Part shown: in pieces, positions 60,501 to 64,000 of the stretch
How the letters are laid out: every line of letters begins with the position of its first letter
Position numbering within the stretch: the stretch's first letter is position 1
Source of the DNA: Methanocaldococcus indicus
GTDB taxonomy: Archaea; AGJL01; Methanococci; Methanococcales; Methanocaldococcaceae
Length of the DNA stretch: 64,000 bases
Direction of reading: 5' to 3'
Assembly (NCBI RefSeq): GCF_049554935.1
Contig: NZ_CP186926.1
Span: 288,001 to 352,000, forward strand
Program-made: the position numbers and the translations under genes
The notes under the pieces: generated by a model
What the model saw: the letters and a program-made list of their open reading frames with translations, nothing else
Databases searched by the model: none
What the model was told of the DNA's origin: nothing

Positions 60501-60543
60501 TTTATCTAATTTTATAAATATAATCTTCTAAAATAAAAAATGA

Positions 60544-60616
60544 TGCGCCGGCCGGGATTTGAACCCGGGTCGCTGGCTTGGAAGGCCAGAGTGATACCAG
60601 GCTACACCACCGGCGC
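60544..60616 (-). tRNA. tRNA-Gly(TCC)
   Basis: GCGCCGGTGGTGTAGCCTGG...CTGGC CT TCC AA GCCAG...GGTTCAAATCC...GGCGCA. Confidence 0.95.
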
Positions 60617-60626
60617 TCTTTCAAAA

Positions 60627-60702
60627 TGGTGCGGCCTCCGGGATTTGAACCCGGGGTCCGGGCGTGGCAGGCCCGTGTGTTACCAGGCTACACCAAGGCC
60701 GC
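60627..60702 (-). tRNA. tRNA-Gly(GCC), CCA encoded
   Basis: GCGGCCTTGGTGTAGCCTGG...CGGGC CT GCC AC GCCCG...GGCCGCACCA; tandem with tRNA-Gly(TCC). Confidence 0.95.
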
Positions 60703-60732
60703 ACCGAACACTCAATATAATTAGAGAAAGAG

Positions 60733-60800
60733 GTATATAAACTTTTCTGTTGTGAATTATTATGACACAAAATTACACAAAACCGAAAAATTTATATAGA
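60733..60800. promoter_or_regulatory. Divergent BRE/TATA promoters for the tRNA-Gly pair and the thermosome gene
   Basis: Minus strand GAAAAGTTTATATAC at about 60733-60747; plus strand CCGAAAAATTTATATAG at about 60783-60799. Confidence 0.7.
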
Positions 60801-60858
60801 ACTACTACAACATATATATACCGAAGTAAGAGACAAAAAGTAAGAAAGGTGATAGGGA

Positions 60859-62490
60859 ATGGCAATGGCAGGAGCACCAATTGTAGTATTACCACAAAAC
60901 GTTAAAAGATACGTTGGAAGAGATGCTCAAAGAATGAACATATTAGCAGGAAGAATAATTGCTGAAACAGTTAGAACAACCTTAGGTCCAAAAGGAATGG
61001 ACAAAATGTTAGTTGATGAATTAGGAGACATTATAGTTACAAATGATGGGGTTACAATATTAAAAGAAATGAGTGTTGAACACCCAGCTGCTAAAATGTT
61101 AATAGAAGTTGCTAAAACCCAAGAAAAAGAAGTTGGAGATGGAACTACAACAGCAGTTGTTATTGCAGGAGAATTATTGAAAAAAGCTGAAGAATTATTA
61201 GACCAAAACATACACCCAACAGTTATAATAAATGGATATGAATTAGCAAGAGCTAAAGCAATTGAAGAAGTCAAAAATATAGCAAAAGATGTCAAGCCAG
61301 ATGACAAAGAAATGTTAAAGAAAATTGCAATGACCTCAATAACAGGAAAAGGAGCTGAAAAAGCAAGAGGACACTTAGCTGATATTGTTGTTGAAGCTGT
61401 TACCTCTGTTGTTGATGAAGAAACTGGAAAAGTTGATAAAGACTTAATAAAAGTTGAAAAAAAAGAAGGAGCTCCAATTGAAGAAACAACCTTAATCAGA
61501 GGAGTTGTTATAGACAAAGAAAGAGTCCATCCAGAAATGCCTAAAAAAGTTGAAAATGCAAAAATTGCATTATTAAACTGCCCAATTGAAGTTAAAGAAA
61601 CAGAAACAGATGCAGAAATAAGAATTACAGACCCAGCTAAATTAATGGAGTTCATTGAACAAGAAGAAAAAATGATTAAAGACATGGTTGAAAAAATAGC
61701 AGCTACAGGAGCTAATGTTGTCTTCTGTCAAAAAGGAATTGATGACTTAGCACAATACTACTTAGCTAAAAAAGGAATCTTAGCTGTTAGAAGAGTCAAA
61801 AAATCAGATATGGAAAAATTAGCTAAAGCAACAGGTGCAAGAATTGTTACAAAAGTTGATGACTTAACAGCTGAAGATTTAGGAGAAGCTGGATTAGTTG
61901 AAGAGAGAAAAGTTGCTGGAGATGCAATGATATTTGTTGAAGAATGCAAACATCCAAAAGCAGTAACAATATTAGTAAGAGGTTCAACTGAACATGTTGT
62001 TGAAGAAGTTGCAAGAGCTATAGATGATGCAATTGGAGTAGTTAAATGTGCATTAGAAGAAGGAAAAGTAGTTGCTGGTGGAGGAGCTACTGAAGTAGAA
62101 TTAGCTAAAAGATTAAGAAAATATGCTGAAACAGTTGCTGGAAAAGAACAATTAGCAGTTAAAGCATTTGCAGATGCATTAGAAGTAATTCCAAGAACAT
62201 TAGCTGAAAACTCAGGATTAGACCCAATTGACATGTTAGTTAAATTAAGAGCTAAACATGAAGAAGAAAATGGAGAAAACTATGGATTAGATGTCTTTGA
62301 AGGAGAAGTTGTAGATATGTTAGAGAGAGGAGTAGTTGAACCATTAAAAGTCAAAACACATGCAATTGACTCTGCAACAGAAGCATCTGTAATGTTGTTA
62401 AGAATTGATGATGTTATAGCAGCTGAGAAATCAAGTAAAGGAGAAGACAAAGGAGGAGACATGGGAGATATGGGAGGAGATGAATTCTAA
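60859..62490 (+). CDS. thsA: Thermosome (group II chaperonin) subunit
   Basis: [27 protein letters not shown] and a GM-rich tail. Confidence 0.97.
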   Translation: MAMAGAPIVVLPQNVKRYVGRDAQRMNILAGRIIAETVRTTLGPKGMDKMLVDELGDIIVTNDGVTILKEMSVEHPAAKMLIEVAKTQEKEVGDGTTTAVVIAGELLKKAEELLDQNIHPTVIINGYELARAKAIEEVKNIAKDVKPDDKEMLKKIAMTSITGKGAEKARGHLADIVVEAVTSVVDEETGKVDKDLIKVEKKEGAPIEETTLIRGVVIDKERVHPEMPKKVENAKIALLNCPIEVKETETDAEIRITDPAKLMEFIEQEEKMIKDMVEKIAATGANVVFCQKGIDDLAQYYLAKKGILAVRRVKKSDMEKLAKATGARIVTKVDDLTAEDLGEAGLVEERKVAGDAMIFVEECKHPKAVTILVRGSTEHVVEEVARAIDDAIGVVKCALEEGKVVAGGGATEVELAKRLRKYAETVAGKEQLAVKAFADALEVIPRTLAENSGLDPIDMLVKLRAKHEEENGENYGLDVFEGEVVDMLERGVVEPLKVKTHAIDSATEASVMLLRIDDVIAAEKSSKGEDKGGDMGDMGGDEF

Positions 62491-62510
62491 CTCCTCCCAA
62501 TAACTTTTTT
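62471..62510 (+). terminator. GC hairpin spanning the thermosome stop codon, followed by a T-tract
   Basis: 9-bp stem TGGGAGGAG (62471-62479) / CTCCTCCCA (62491-62499), then TTTTTT. Confidence 0.6.
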
Positions 62511-62573
62511 ATTAAAGCATATATCCACTTAATTAAATATTTGGATAATCATTATATAATAAATTTTTATTAT

Positions 62574-62789
62574 TTATTGATTTGACTTTATAGATAATAA
62601 CTTATCCAAAACTATTTTTAAATCTGTTTTCTTTGTTATATCATTCTCTTTTTCTAACAACTCTCTAATTTTTTTTTCTAAATCATCAAAGTCATTAGCT
62701 GATAAAATTAACTCTTTAATATATTCAATATTAGATACATAAGGTAACACTTCATATAAAAATAATTCAAGTTCTCTTTTTTGGTTCAT
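62574..62789 (-). CDS. Small hypothetical protein
   Basis: 71-aa helical ORF overlapping the upstream gene in an operon-like arrangement. Confidence 0.6.
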   Translation of the reverse strand: MNQKRELELFLYEVLPYVSNIEYIKELILSANDFDDLEKKIRELLEKENDITKKTDLKIVLDKLLSIKSNQ

Positions 62790-63114
62790 ATCTATCCCTT
62801 ATAGCAAGTTCTCTAACAATTTTTGTTATATCTCTCTCCAACTTATCAATTCTTGCATACAACTTATAAACTAAATAAAACAATAGTGCTAATGATAAAT
62901 ATGTTATTGCATCAACTCCTCTACCAACTCCTAAAAACTCTGCTATATATCCTGTAAGTTGAGGATATATTAAAAATACAACTGCCAAAATCCAAATAAA
63001 TCCCCACAATATTCCTTCAAATAAAGATATTTGTCTATTTTTTGTTTTTAGATAAATACTATAAAGGACTATAATTGAAATCAGTATTCCTAAAATTTGA
63101 ATAACTGTCATCAT
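62767..63114 (-). CDS. DUF2304-family membrane protein
   Basis: Three TMs, LGVGRGVD and LERDITKIVRELA motifs. Confidence 0.85.
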   Translation of the reverse strand: MMTVIQILGILISIIVLYSIYLKTKNRQISLFEGILWGFIWILAVVFLIYPQLTGYIAEFLGVGRGVDAITYLSLALLFYLVYKLYARIDKLERDITKIVRELAIRDRYEPKKRT

Positions 63115-63653
63115 TTTTTCACAGCTTTAATTATTGTAATAGGATTTTTAGCTAAGAACATATGTCCAGAGCTTATTTTTTTTGAATAAGATATAGAAGC
63201 ATTAACAGCAGAGACATTGTAGTTATTCTCCTCTAAAAAATTTAGAATTTTTAAAGCACTCTCTAACAATATTGTATTAGCAACAATAATCTCAATTTTT
63301 TTGTTAGTTAAAATTTTTAAAATTTTATCAATATTTTTTGTTCCACCTATAAATGCCTTATTGAAGTTTAAAGTATTTAAAACATCTTCTGCATTTCCAT
63401 AAATAACTTCACAGTTGTTAATATTAAATTTTTCTAAATTTTTTTTAGTTAGATTTATAGCTTTTAAGTTGTTATCTATTGCATATACATATTTACATCT
63501 TTTTGCAATATCAACAGTCATTCCTCCACTACCACATCCAATATCTACAACAACATCATTTTTATCTAACTCTAATTTATATACACTTATTGCTCTAATT
63601 TCTTCTTTTGTTATAGGAATGTCTTTTTCTCTAAAAAATTGTGAATCATCCAT
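63111..63653 (-). CDS. cbiT: Cobalt-precorrin-6B C15-methyltransferase CbiT
   Basis: PITKEEIRA, DIGCGSGG, FIGG and NPITII motifs. Confidence 0.92.
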   Translation of the reverse strand: MDDSQFFREKDIPITKEEIRAISVYKLELDKNDVVVDIGCGSGGMTVDIAKRCKYVYAIDNNLKAINLTKKNLEKFNINNCEVIYGNAEDVLNTLNFNKAFIGGTKNIDKILKILTNKKIEIIVANTILLESALKILNFLEENNYNVSAVNASISYSKKISSGHMFLAKNPITIIKAVKK

Positions 63654-63748
63654 TTTACCATCTTTAAATAGTTAAGTATATATAATTAATTATTTAATAT
63701 TATATTATAATTAAAAATTATTATGTACTACATTAAAGGTGGTTTTAT

Positions 63749-64000
63749 ATGGTTTCGTTTGATAAAGACAAGATGTTAAATCCATCCATTATTGGTGGAA
63801 TTGTTGGTGGTGTTTTAGGTGTTTTTTGTTGTTTAAGTTTGGTTATTGGTGGAGTAGTAGCAGCTTATCAGTATATAAAAAATGGAGGAATATTAGATTA
63901 TGAAAATTGTGGGTTAGTTGGAGCTATAGCTGGAGTAATTGGTGGAGTTATTGGAAGTATATTAAACTATATCTTTATTGTTATACTAAATCTTGGCAGT
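63749..64000 (+). CDS. Gly-rich hypothetical membrane protein (partial; runs off the window edge)
   Basis: ATG at 63749 after AGGTGG; MVSFDKDKMLNPSIIGGIVGGVLGVFCCLSLVIGGVVAAY...; open to the window end. Confidence 0.7.
   Translation, partial: MVSFDKDKMLNPSIIGGIVGGVLGVFCCLSLVIGGVVAAYQYIKNGGILDYENCGLVGAIAGVIGGVIGSILNYIFIVILNLGS

Noticed and set aside
60540-60740. 66-aa ORF on the + strand, and the 60-aa ORF at 22134-22316
   Set aside because: Both overlap tRNA genes; they are artefacts of GC-rich tRNA sequence.
60751-60779. Imperfect inverted repeat TGTGAATT...AATTACACA upstream of the thermosome promoter
   Set aside because: Imperfect and AT-rich, and it matches no heat-shock operator I can name with confidence.
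60927-62462. Long antisense ORFs (252, 158 and 60 aa) opposite the thermosome, and similar ones opposite the MCP, thiC, P-type ATPase, cheA, rtcB, pyrG and hcgC
   Set aside because: Ser/Ile/Phe-rich shadow frames produced by codon bias of the real genes; no RBS or recognisable motifs.

Overview
A very AT-rich, gene-dense 64 kb chromosomal segment from a hyperthermophilic methanogenic archaeon. Methanocaldococcus-like assignment is inferred from the HcgB/HcgC, YcaO, thermosome and F420:NADP oxidoreductase genes, the GC-rich tRNAs and the CRISPR repeat type. Most of the window is housekeeping: pst, rnz, pfdA, taw2, dys, thiC, hemC, mtnA, nadM, hpt, pyrG, cbiT, thermosome and four tRNAs. Notable elements are: (i) a 14-repeat CRISPR array in which the repeat sequence switches near the trailer; (ii) a type III-A csm operon with intact Cas10 HD and GGDD motifs, followed by a Csx1-like CARF-HEPN protein and an uncharacterised CARF-PIN fusion, the best candidate for a poorly described system; (iii) an rtcB gene with two related inteins only 25 codons apart; (iv) an unannotated two-hairpin H/ACA guide RNA whose pockets fit 23S rRNA U2504 and U2554 (E. 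coli numbering); (v) a CBS + HPF-like putative ribosome hibernation factor; (vi) a cheWBAD cluster whose CheA carries a degenerate second Hpt-like bundle; (vii) a frameshifted membrane-protein pseudogene. All family calls come from motif recognition by eye; no searches were run.
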